From an uncultured Chloroflexia bacterium (GTDB lineage Bacteria; Chloroflexota; Limnocylindria; Limnocylindrales; CSP1-4): a DNA stretch of 64,000 nt. The notes beneath the pieces were generated by a model. It did not search any database. It saw only the letters and a program-made list of their open reading frames with translations, and was not told the origin of the DNA. Location: contig CAVVJT010000005.1 of assembly GCA_963748625.1 (NCBI GenBank), positions 32,001 to 96,000 of the forward strand. The letters are read 5' to 3'. The position numbers were made by a program, and so were the translations under genes. Below, in pieces: positions 41,238 to 51,211 of the stretch (positions within the stretch are counted from its first letter, which is position 1; each line of letters starts with the position of its first letter).

Positions 41238-41624
41238 ACGCGGGTCGCCGAGATGGCACTCGCCCTGACCGCGGCCGTAGGCCGGATCGATGCCGCAGTC
41301 CGCCTCGGGATCCGCTTCCGGATCGGCATCCACTGCGGACCCGCGGTCGCGGGCGTGATCGGCACGCGGAAGTTCATCTACGACATCTGGGGCGACACCG
41401 TGAACCTCGCGAGCCGCATGGAGTCGCTCGGCGCGCCGGGGCGCATCCAGGTGACGCAGGCCGTGAAGGAGCGTCTCGACGGCCGCTTCGTGCTGGAGCC
41501 ACGCGGGCTCATCGAGGTGAAGGGCAAGGGCCCCACGGCCGCGTGGTACCTCGTGGCCCGAGGCGGGTCACCGGTCGACGCCGCAGCGGCGCCCAAAGCC
41601 ACCATCACATCTCCGGGCGCCTGA
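41238..41624 (+). pseudogene. C-terminal fragment of a class III adenylate/guanylate cyclase
   Basis: RIGIHCGPAVAGVIG..KFIYDIWGDTVNLASRMES, VKGKG; N-terminal metal-binding Asp region missing. Confidence 0.75.
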
Positions 41625-41718
41625 CCGGCCCCTGCCCACACCGGCGGTCGCAGACGACCGGTGACAACGGAAGGCACCGGCATCCTGAACGACGACCGCG
41701 GACTACGATGGCTCTGCG

Positions 41719-42231
41719 ATGATGACCATCCTGCTCTCCGGCGACGGGTCACCTGCCCGGTTCCCGGCCGTCACCGGCCGCTCGCTCCTGGGCGTGCAGC
41801 TGGCGCTCCCAGGCGACTTCCCCGCCGAGCGGACGCTGGCCGTCGTGGCGTTCCAGCAGTGGCACCAGGCCCGGGTGGACCGCTGGATCGCCCGCGCCGT
41901 CGACGCGGGCGTGCCGCCGACGCCGCGGGCTCACACCGGCGTGCTGCCCGCAGCGGTCGTGGAGCTGCCCGTCCTTGCCACGGCGTGGCGTCCCGTGCGG
42001 CGCTTCATCGACGGCGGGATGACGGCCGGCATCGGCGATCCGGACGTCCTCGCCCGCACGATCACGATCTACACGGATGTCGGGCGATTCCAGCGCGCTT
42101 TGGCCATTCCGGGCAGCGACGACGTCCATGCGCTGGTCGTGGGTCGCGACGGCACGATCCTCGCCCGCGGTTCCGGTGATCCGCAGGACCGCGAGTGGGA
42201 CGGGATCCTCGCCGCGCTGCGGGCGGTGTGA
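41719..42231 (+). CDS. Hypothetical thioredoxin-like (ATP10-like) protein
   Basis: FPAVTGRSL..LPGDF..VVAFQ..Q..VDRW..FIDGGM..GI pattern; TACGAT upstream. Confidence 0.65.
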   Translation: MMTILLSGDGSPARFPAVTGRSLLGVQLALPGDFPAERTLAVVAFQQWHQARVDRWIARAVDAGVPPTPRAHTGVLPAAVVELPVLATAWRPVRRFIDGGMTAGIGDPDVLARTITIYTDVGRFQRALAIPGSDDVHALVVGRDGTILARGSGDPQDREWDGILAALRAV

Positions 42232-42372
42232 GCTGCGGGGATTGGGCGGGGATCGGGCTGGGAGCGCAGTGCAGGGGCGCGACGGCAACCCTCGCGGACG
42301 TGCCCTTGACGACGCGGCGGGGAGCTCCTCGCCGGAACTCCCCGCCGGATGGTGATCCGTCAGTCGCGCTGC

Positions 42373-42903
42373 TCAGCGCTCGAGGCAGGCGTTGATCCCC
42401 ATGAGCCGGTCGCCGGCGCTGAAGCGCAGCTCCAGCGAGCCGAAGGGCATGCCCCGGTACATGTACACGAAGGTCGGCGTGCCGTAGATGGAGGTGATGC
42501 GGTTGGGCTCGCCGAGCTTCCCGCGCACGTCGGCAATCGAGTCGCCCCAGACCAGGCCCATCGGCAGGGTGCCCCGGTACGCATCGACGACATCCGAGTC
42601 ATTGAGCGCATGGAGCGAGACAACGTCGACCGTGCCGTCACTCGCCACGATGGCATTCCAGTCGCCGCAGAAGGCCGCCGTGGCGCTGCCAACCTGCAGC
42701 GGGGCGGTGGCGCAACCGGACAGGTCAGCCTTGGTTCCGAGCTGGGAGATCGGGCTGAGCACGCTCCGGTCTCCCCGGGTTACGCCGTCTGCAATCGCAC
42801 CGCCCGCATGGACGAGGAGCAGCGACCACAGCACGAGGCTGCAGGCTGCAATGGCGATCATGGACGGGCGGCCCCAGTGGGAGTCGCGAACTGCGGTGCT
42901 CAT
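42373..42903 (-). CDS. Exported hypothetical protein
   Basis: Signal/TM segment, LPMGLVWGDS..VRGKLGEP; GGGAGG RBS. Confidence 0.7.
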   Translation of the reverse strand: MSTAVRDSHWGRPSMIAIAACSLVLWSLLLVHAGGAIADGVTRGDRSVLSPISQLGTKADLSGCATAPLQVGSATAAFCGDWNAIVASDGTVDVVSLHALNDSDVVDAYRGTLPMGLVWGDSIADVRGKLGEPNRITSIYGTPTFVYMYRGMPFGSLELRFSAGDRLMGINACLER

Positions 42904-43115
42904 GAAGCACCTCCCCGAGTTGTGGCGATGTGCGCATACCGACTATGACCCAGCCGATTGTCGAGGCGCAGGGCCGAGTGGGTCCGTGTGGAAGCCGGAG
43001 GTCCCCCAGCAGGGCCGTCCGGCAGGCCGTGAACGGGCCGCGGACGTGCCGGAGGTCCCCCAGCAGGGCCGGGCGCTGGCGATCCGGCCGTCGACGGCGC
43101 CGCTCGCCGGACCGG

Positions 43116-44676
43116 TCAGGACCCGCCCGTGATCTCCCGCTTCCGGCGCTCCACGAAGGCATCGAGCGCCTCGGCGCGGTCGGGCGCGAGGGCCGGCGGC
43201 TCGTAGTCGGCGAGCAGGCGCTTCCACACTCCGCGCGCCCGCTCGGTCGCCGTCCGCGCCCCGTCCTCCTGCCAGGCCTCGAACGTCCGCCCGTCCGAGA
43301 GGATCGGCCGGTAGAAGGCGGTCTCGAAGCGGGCGATGGTGTGCGCCGATCCGAAGAAGTGGCCGCCCGGGCCCACCTCGGCGATGGCATCGAGGCCCAG
43401 TGTGTCGTCGGAGACCTCGATGGGCGCCAGGACTTCGGCGATCTGCTGGAGCATCTCCGCGTCCAGGACGAGCTTCTCAAAGGAGGCCGTCAGGCCACCC
43501 TCCAGCCACCCCGCACCCTGGTAGAGCAGGTTCGCGCCTGCGGTCACCGCGCCCCAGATCGACATCCCGCTCTCGTACGCGGCCTGCGCATCCACCACGG
43601 CCGACGACGTGACGTTGGAGGTCCGCCACGGCAGGCCCACCCGCCGGGCGAGCTGCCCGGTCGCCAGCTGGGCCTTGACGTACTCGGGCGTCCCGAACGC
43701 AGGCGACCCGGTGCGCATGTCCACGTTGGACGTGAAACCGCCGTAGACCATGGGTGCGCCCGGCCGGGCGAGCTGCGCGAGCGCCACCATGAAGAGTGCC
43801 TCGGCATGCTGCTGGGCGAGCGCGCCCGCCAGCGTCGCCGGGGTCATCGCGCCCGCCAGCGTGAACGGGGTGGCCACGGTGGCCTGCCCGTGCTCGGCGA
43901 GCGCGATCAGCCCGTCGGACATGGGCCCGTCCAGGCGCAGCGGGGAGTTGGTGTTGACCACCGCCATCAGGGCCGGCTCGCGGGCGAGTGCGTCCCGGTC
44001 GGTGTCGAGCGTGATGCACGCGACCTCGACGGCGTCCTCTACCGGGCCCCGGCCGAAGGCGAAGCACTGCCAGGACTTGTCGAGCAGGGTGGCCAAGGTC
44101 CGGTAGAGGTCCAGGTGCCGCGTGGCCACCGGGAGATCCTGCGCCTCGACGGGGCCGCCCCCCTCCTGGTGGATGACGTCGAGCGCGCCGATCACCCGCA
44201 CGTAGGCCTCGAGGTCCGCCAGCGTGCCCGGGCGCCGACCACGGTCAAGGTCGGACACGAAGGCCGGTCCGCCCACCGACGAGAAGACCAGGTGCCGCCT
44301 CGCCGAACACGAGGGCCCGCTCCGGGTTGCGGGCGCGCAGGCCGAAGCGCGACGGAGCGAGCGCGACGAGGGCATCCACCTGCTCCGGCTCCAGCCGCAC
44401 CCGCCCGGCGTGGCCGCGCGCACCGTCCTCCCGTTCGACCCGCGCCCCGCCCCCGTCGAACAGGTCCAAGTGCCCGCCCGCCCAGCACCTCCATCCCGAC
44501 GTCGCGCAGGAGCGAGAGCGCGGCCCGGTGGATCGTCGTCGACCTGGTCAGCGGAGAGGATCTCGAGCGGCCGGAAGGGGTTGACGAGGCGGCGCCAGCC
44601 CTTGAACTGGGATGACGCCGGTGGCCCAGCGCTCGCCCCGGGAGCGGCGCGGCACGGGAGCGGTCGGGTCGGACAT
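43116..44676 (-). CDS. Trimethylamine/glycine-betaine methyltransferase (MttB superfamily, non-pyrrolysine), 5' part frameshifted
   Basis: NTNSPL, TPFTLAGAM.P, YGGFTSNVDMRTGSPAFGTPE, DAQAAYE, GWLEGGL, VGPGGHF; N-terminus split over frames at ~44290-44620. Confidence 0.85.
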
Positions 44677-44743
44677 GGGTGAACGATAGCCGCAGGACGG
44701 AACCGGCCACCACGCCGGACCGCCCGATGCCACCATGTCGCCC

Positions 44744-47187
44744 ATGCGCAACCAGTACCGGGTCGTGATCATCGGCGGTGGCATCGTCGGGGCCAGCGTC
44801 GCCTACCACCTCGCTCTGCGGGGCATCACCGACGTCCTGCTCGTGGAGCGCGACCGGCTCACGGCGGGCTCGTCGTGGCACGCGGCCGGCGGCTTCCACG
44901 CCATCAACCCGGATCGCCGCGTGGCCGAGCTGCAGCGCTACACGATCGAGCGCTACCCGCTGATCGAGGCGGAGTCCGGCCAGGCACTGGGACTCAAGAT
45001 GTCCGGCGGCGTGGAGCTGGCCGCGACCGCGGACCGCTTCCGCTGGCTCCACGCGGAGCGGTCGCACCTCCGCGCCCGCGGCCACCAGGGCGCCGAGCTC
45101 CTGACCCCGTCCGAGGTGGCCGACCTGGTCCCCATCATCAACCCCGACGGCCTCCACGGCGCGCTCTTCGACCCCGACGAGGGCAACCTCGACCCGGTCG
45201 GCGCGGTGATGGCCTACGCGGGCGCCGCCAAGGCACGTGGCGTGGAGATCGTCCAGGGCAACCGGGTGACCGCGCTGGCCCCGCGCACGGAGGGCGGCTG
45301 GACGGTGGCCACCGAGCAGGGCGACATCACCTGCGAGCACGTGGTGAACGCGGCCGGCCTGTGGGCCCGGCGCGTCGGGCGGATGGCAGGCGTGGAGCAC
45401 CCGGTGGTCCCGTTCGCGCACCACTACATGGTCACCGACGAGATCCCGGCCATCGCCGCGCGGCCGGGCCTGATGCCGGCGGTCACCGACCTCGAGGGCT
45501 GCACCTACCTGCATCGCGAGGGCAACGGCGTGGTGCTGGGCGTGTACGAGAAGGACATCGCCCACTGGGCCACCGACGGCGCGCCGTGGGACTTCGGCCA
45601 GCAGTTGCTGCCGGAGGACGATCGACCGGATCGCGCCCGAGCTCGAAGCTCGCCTTCCACCGCTTCCCGGCGATCGGCGAGACGGGGATCAAGCGCTGGG
45701 TCTGTGGGCCGTTCACGGCAACCCCGGACGGGAATCCGCTCGTTGGCCCCATCGACGGCAGGCCAGGCTACTGGGCGGCGTGCGGCGTGTTCGCCGGGTT
45801 CAGCCAGTGCGCGGGCATCGGCCTCGTGGCTGGCCAACTGGATCGTGGACGGCGAACCCGGCCTGGACGCCTTCGGGATGGACCCGGCACGCTTCGCCGA
45901 CTGGGCCGCGGAGGATTCGTACCTGCTGCCGATGACGGCGCAGTTCATCTCGCGGCGCTTCACGATCGCCTACCCCAACGAGACGCTGCCGGCCACGCGT
46001 CCGCTGCACACGACGCCGGCCTTCGAGGCGCTCACGGTGGCGGGCGCGAGCTTCGGCGTCAACTGGGGCCTCGAGACCGCGCGATTCCTCTCCACGGACC
46101 CCGGCTTCGAGGAGGCGGCAACATTCGGGCGGTCCAACGCAAGCCGCTTCGTCGCCGACGAGGTGGCGGCTGTGCGCACCGCCGCGGGCATCGTCGAGAT
46201 CGCGCAGTACGCGCGGTACCTGGTCGAGGGCCCGGGGGCCGGGACCTGGCTTGACGGCCTCGTCGCAGGTCGCCTGCCGGCGCTCGGACGGATCCGCCTG
46301 GCGCCCATGCTGGGCCGGACAGGACGTCTCATGGGCGATCTCTCGCTGGCGCGCATCGCGCCGGAGCGCTTCATCATCACCGCGTCCTACCACCTGCAGG
46401 CCTGGCACATGCGCTGGTTCCACGCGCATCTGCCGGCGTCCGGTGTCCGGGTGACGAACCTCACCGATTCGCTCTCGGGCTTCGCGCTCGCGGGGCCGGC
46501 CTCCCGCGACGTGCTGGCGGCGCTCGTGGCGGCTGCGGACCGCGACGCCGCGGTGGCACTCCCGTTGTTCGGCATCACCGGCCTGCGCATCCCGGCAGCG
46601 GGCGGGGTCATCGCCGACGTCGGGCGGATCGGGCTCACCGGGCGAGCTGGGCTACGAGCTGGTCGTGCCGGCCGACCACCATCTCGCGCTGCTACGAGGC
46701 CCTCCTGGCGACCGGCGCGCCCCACGGCCTCCGCGTCTACGGCGACCTCGCCTTCGACGTGCTGCGCCTCGAGCGGGGATACGGCATCTGGGCCGCCGAG
46801 TTCCGGCGGGACGTGACGCCTGCCGAGTGCGGGCTCGACCGGTTCGTCGCCTTCGACAAGGGCGAGTTCATCGGGCGGGACGCGGCCCTCGCCGAGCGCG
46901 GGGCAGGGCCGGCGCGTCGCCTGGTGCTCCTGGCGGTGGATGCCGCCGATGCCGATGCCGGCTCCGACGACCCGGTCCGCACGGCCGACGGCGCGCTCGT
47001 TGGGGAGGTGACCTCGGGCGGGTTCGGGCACACGGTCGGGCGGAGCCTGGCGCTCGCCTACGTGGAGCGCGAGGTGGCCGACGCGCGCCCGGCGCTCGTG
47101 GTGGAGGTCATGGGCGAGGACCGCGCCGCGCGGATCCTGCCCGAGCCCCCGTACGACCCGTCCGGCGCTCGGATGCGGGCCGGCTGA
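44744..47187 (+). CDS. Dimethylglycine/sarcosine dehydrogenase-like (DAO + GcvT domains), frameshifted
   Basis: IIGGGIVG, GSSWHAAG, VNAAGLWA, TPDGNPLVGP, LRLERGY, GEVTSGGFG, YDP.G.RMR; frame changes near 45620-45830 and 46640-46690. Confidence 0.88.
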
Positions 47188-47267
47188 GCCGGGGATCCCG
47201 CCCCCGGCTCCGGTCGCGCGGTCGGGCGCGGGTCGGGCGTGGGGATGCGCGACGGGTGACCGGGCGC

Positions 47268-48461
47268 TCAGTACGTCACGGTGCCGCCGGCGCCGGCGAC
47301 CACGCCCGGCCGGCCCAGCCGGTAGGGGTTGCGCTCGTCGTCAGGCTCGACTCCCGTCACGATCGCCGCCAGGCGCCGCCCGGCTTCCGGCCCACCCTCG
47401 ATGCCCCAGCCGTTGTCGGCGGCGTGGAGATAGAGCCCGGATACCGCGCACCCGCCCAGGATCGGCAGCCCGTCGGCGGTGCACGTGTACTGGCCCGCCG
47501 CGAGGTTGAGCTCGGCCGCCGTCAACCGGTCTGCGATCGCGCTCCAGAACGGCACCGCGCGGCTGGCCGCGTCCATCACCACCGCGGGGAACGTCCAGTC
47601 CGTTGGCACCGGGTCGGACGGCTCCGTGCCGGGCTCGTCGAGACCCATGCCCAGGAACGCTCCCCCACCCTCCGGGCGCCAGTACGCGTGCGTGTCAACG
47701 TCGAGCGTCATGGGGCCGTCGGCCGGGATCTCGGGCTGGGGCGTGACCATCGCCCGGTGGCGGCGGACCATGGTCACCGGCAGGTCGATCCCCGCGGTCG
47801 CCGTCAGGCGCCGTGCGTACGGCCCGGCGGCGATCACGACCCGCGGCGTGGAGATCGGGCCGCGACTCGTCTCGACTCCGGTCACGCGGCCGGCCTCCAC
47901 GGATATCCCCGTAACCCCCACGCCCGTGTGCACCGACGCCCCCGAGGCGCGCAGCAGGCCCCGCACCACCTCGTACGGGGAGACCCATCCGTCGCGTGCC
48001 CGGAACGTGGCGGCGGTCACGGGCTCCGCGACCCACGGGAAGCGGCGGCGGACCTCGTCGCCCACCAGCAGCTCGGCATCGGTGGTCCCGAAGCCGTGAC
48101 TCGCCGCCACGAACCGCCCGAACGTGGCCGGGCCATCGGCCGCGGACGTCAGGAACAGCCAGCCCTGCGGGCGCAGGCCGATCTCCCACCCCGGCAACCC
48201 GGTCTCCGCCTCGAACGACTCGTAGAAACGCACGCTCGGGATGACCAGGGCGGCGTGGTCGGCCTCCTCCCATTGGGCCCGGTAGCAGGCAACGGCCTGC
48301 GCGGTGGTGAGGGCGGCCAGCTGCGGCGCACGCTCGACCACCACGACGGACAGCCCTTGGCGGGCGAGGAAGAAGGCGTCCGTAGCCCCCGCGATCCCCC
48401 CGCCGATCACGACGACGTCCGTCGTGGCAGGGAGCTCTCCACCGATGCCCACGTTGACCAC
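47268..48461 (-). CDS. FAD-dependent oxidoreductase (DAO / sarcosine oxidase beta family)
   Basis: DVVVIGGGIAG, DGWVSP, VVIAAGPY, YTCTADGLPILG. Confidence 0.88.
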   Translation of the reverse strand: MVNVGIGGELPATTDVVVIGGGIAGATDAFFLARQGLSVVVVERAPQLAALTTAQAVACYRAQWEEADHAALVIPSVRFYESFEAETGLPGWEIGLRPQGWLFLTSAADGPATFGRFVAASHGFGTTDAELLVGDEVRRRFPWVAEPVTAATFRARDGWVSPYEVVRGLLRASGASVHTGVGVTGISVEAGRVTGVETSRGPISTPRVVIAAGPYARRLTATAGIDLPVTMVRRHRAMVTPQPEIPADGPMTLDVDTHAYWRPEGGGAFLGMGLDEPGTEPSDPVPTDWTFPAVVMDAASRAVPFWSAIADRLTAAELNLAAGQYTCTADGLPILGGCAVSGLYLHAADNGWGIEGGPEAGRRLAAIVTGVEPDDERNPYRLGRPGVVAGAGGTVTY

Positions 48462-48466
48462 CGGCG

Positions 48467-49732
48467 TCAGCCCTCCAGGACGACGTGGATCTGGCCCGAC
48501 CCGTCCACCGAGACCGGGATCTGCGGCAGCGGCGCGGGCGGTGGCCCGCCGAGCACCGCGGCAGCGTTGGCGGGATCGAAGCGGCCCAGATGGCAGGGGC
48601 AGACGAGCTCCTCCACCGACGGGTCGAACGCGACAGTGCACCGGCCATGGGGGCACGTGGCGTTGTAGGCGACGAAGCGGCCGTCGGCCAGCTGCACCAG
48701 CACGCCCGGACCGCCAGGGCCGAGGGCGAATGGCATCTCGTTGGGCACCGTGAAGCCGATGCCGGTGTTGGGACCGAGGTCGGACACACTCGCGATGACG
48801 GGGCCTGCGGTGCCGCCCACGGCACTGGGGGCCGGCGTGGGCGGGGCGGTGGGCGTGGCGGTGGGTGCGGCCGTGGCGGCGGCGGTGGCGGCGGTCGTCG
48901 GGGCAGCCGTGGGGCCACCCGTTGGAGCCGGGGTCGCGGTGGTGGCCGTGGGTGCGGCCGTGGGCGACGGCGTCCTGGCGGCTCCCCCACCCGATGCAGC
49001 CTCGTCCGCGCCAAGGGCTCGAAGGCGGGACATGGCGCCAGCCGTGAAGACCGTCAGCGCGGCCAGGACGCCCACTTGCAGGAGGGCCCGGCGAGCGGGC
49101 GAGATCGCCCGGGGCGTTCCGTCGGCCGCATCGCCGGCGTGGTCGCGAGCATCGGATGCCTTCCTGTGACCACCATCAGTCGGCTGCCCGTCATCGGTCG
49201 GCTGCCCGTCATCGGTCGGCTGCCCGTCATCGGCCGACTGTCTGCCCCGGTCGCCCTTGGACGGCCACGGGTCGATCACCAGCAGGTGCCCGTGACCTGC
49301 CAGCGCGAGCGTCAGGAAGCCGAACGCGTACGGGAGGTCGGGGCTGAAGAAGTACGGCGCGATCGACCACGAGGCCGTGAGCCAGAACAGGATCGACAGG
49401 GCGAAGCCGGCCCACGCGGACAGCCGGTACGCCAGGCCGGTGAGCAAGCCGATGCCGATCGCCAGCTCCCCAAGGGCGATGAGCGCCCCGATCGGGATCG
49501 CCAGCGGCAGCGCCGCCTCGATGAGCGGCGCCAGCGGCGAGAAGCGCAGGTAGCCCTCCATCTGCGCGGCGACGGAGAACGGGTCCGAGGCCTCGAAGAA
49601 GTGAGGGCTGATGAGCTTGTCGATGCCCGCGTAGAGGTACGTGAGCCCGAGGAAGACCCGGAGGGGCAGGAGGGCGGCGGCGGCGATCGGCCGGCCTTCG
49701 AGGCGGGCGGCCCGCTGGTCCCGCTGCGTCAA
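48467..49732 (-). CDS. DoxD/DoxX membrane domain fused to an internal twin-arginine helix and a Rieske [2Fe-2S] domain
   Basis: LPLRVFLG.TY.YAG.DKL, ELAIGIG; SPARRALL; CPHGRC...CPCHLGRF; TTG start overlaps upstream stop. Confidence 0.85.
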   Translation of the reverse strand: MTQRDQRAARLEGRPIAAAALLPLRVFLGLTYLYAGIDKLISPHFFEASDPFSVAAQMEGYLRFSPLAPLIEAALPLAIPIGALIALGELAIGIGLLTGLAYRLSAWAGFALSILFWLTASWSIAPYFFSPDLPYAFGFLTLALAGHGHLLVIDPWPSKGDRGRQSADDGQPTDDGQPTDDGQPTDGGHRKASDARDHAGDAADGTPRAISPARRALLQVGVLAALTVFTAGAMSRLRALGADEAASGGGAARTPSPTAAPTATTATPAPTGGPTAAPTTAATAAATAAPTATPTAPPTPAPSAVGGTAGPVIASVSDLGPNTGIGFTVPNEMPFALGPGGPGVLVQLADGRFVAYNATCPHGRCTVAFDPSVEELVCPCHLGRFDPANAAAVLGGPPPAPLPQIPVSVDGSGQIHVVLEG

Positions 49733-50856
49733 CGGGGGCCTCCTGACAGGGCGGGCACCGACACGGACTCGGCGGCTCGGCGCGCCGTGCGCCACGTTCG
49801 GAAGGCTGCGAAGCCCAGGACAGCGCCGGTGATCGGGACAGCGACGAGGATCAGGAGCTGCCCGTACGCGGCCGCCGCCGGCACGTCGGTGGAGACCAGG
49901 AGCAGGTAGCCGAGATATGCGCCGTAGAAGGCCAGCAGGAGCGCTCCCTCCCGCCGGTCCACCGTGAGCCCGGTGTAGATGATCGGCAGGCAGGCGACAG
50001 CCGCCGCGACCATGAGCGGCACGTCCACGAGGAGGAGCTGCGGCGACACCGGCACGGGCTCGGGCGACACGAGCGCGGTCACTCCCAGCACCATGAGCAG
50101 GTTGAACAGGCAGCTCCCGACCACGTTGCCAACGGCGAGGTCGCGGTGTCCGCGCAGACCCGCCACGATCGACGTGGTGATCTCCGGCAGCGATGTGCCG
50201 ACCGCCACGATCGTGAGGCCGATGACGACCTCCGGGATGCCCAGGGCGGTGGCGATGGTGCTCGCGCCCTCGACGATCCAGTTGGCCCCGACGACCAGGC
50301 CCACCAGCCCCGCCCCGACGAAGGCGAGGTTCGCCACCATCGACCGCGGTGCCCGCTCGACGCGGGCCTCCGCCTCGACCTCCGCGTCGGGCGCCACCTG
50401 CTCCTCGTGCCGGGCGCCACGGACGAGGGCGACGGTATAGACCGTGATCGCCGCGACGAGCAGCAGGCCCTCGACCCGCCCGATGGTCCCGCCGAGCGCC
50501 ATCAGCCAGAAGGCGCCCGAGGCCGCGATCATGATCGGCACCTCGCGCCGGACGACACGCATGCCGGCGGTGATGGGCGTCACGAGTGCGGCCAGGCCCA
50601 GCACGAGCAGGACGTTGGCGATGTTGCTGCCCACAACGTTGCCCAGGGCGATGTCCGGCTGCCCGTCGATGGCCGACGTGATCCCCACCGCGAGCTCGGG
50701 AGCGCTGGTGCCGAAGGCGACGACGGTGAGGCCGATCACCAGCGGGCTGATTCCGAGCACACCGGCGAGGTGGCTGGCGCCACGGACGAGGAACTCACCG
50801 CCGACGACGAGCGCGACGAAGCCGCCAGCGAGCAGGAGCAGCGTTGAAGGTTCCAT
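49729..50856 (-). CDS. Calcium/sodium antiporter (YrbG-like CaCA family)
   Basis: Two alpha repeats GLTVVAFGTSAPE / GLTIVAVGTSLPE, GNVVGS twice. Confidence 0.93.
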   Translation of the reverse strand: MEPSTLLLLAGGFVALVVGGEFLVRGASHLAGVLGISPLVIGLTVVAFGTSAPELAVGITSAIDGQPDIALGNVVGSNIANVLLVLGLAALVTPITAGMRVVRREVPIMIAASGAFWLMALGGTIGRVEGLLLVAAITVYTVALVRGARHEEQVAPDAEVEAEARVERAPRSMVANLAFVGAGLVGLVVGANWIVEGASTIATALGIPEVVIGLTIVAVGTSLPEITTSIVAGLRGHRDLAVGNVVGSCLFNLLMVLGVTALVSPEPVPVSPQLLLVDVPLMVAAAVACLPIIYTGLTVDRREGALLLAFYGAYLGYLLLVSTDVPAAAAYGQLLILVAVPITGAVLGFAAFRTWRTARRAAESVSVPALSGGPR

Positions 50857-51014
50857 CAGGGGCCGATCGTAGCCCGGCCACGGGACGCCGGGAGCCGTGT
50901 CCGCGCCCGGACGGACCCTGGGTCGCGTCCGAGCGGGCCTTGGGTCGCGTCCGAGCGGGCTGACCGGGGGTTCTCGCCCGGCCCCGAGTCAGTAGGGCGG
51001 TTGCCGTGCTGGGA

Positions 51015-51044
51015 CCGTGCACGAAACCCGGGTTTCGTGCACGG
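51015..51044. repeat. Perfect 30-bp palindrome downstream of hoxH
   Basis: CCGTGCACGAAACCC|GGGTTTCGTGCACGG. Confidence 0.85.
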
Positions 51045-51211
51045 CGCGTGCGGGCAGATCCCGCCGGTGACTCGAAGCCGAGTCACGATGCGGGTGCGGT
51101 CCAGGGCACCGGCCGGCCGGGCGCGAGGGCCACCGAAGGCCCGCCGGCCCGGCCGGAATGGCAGGGTGCGATGCGCTGGTCGCACCCTGCCGGGTCCCCG
51201 ATACCTGGGCG

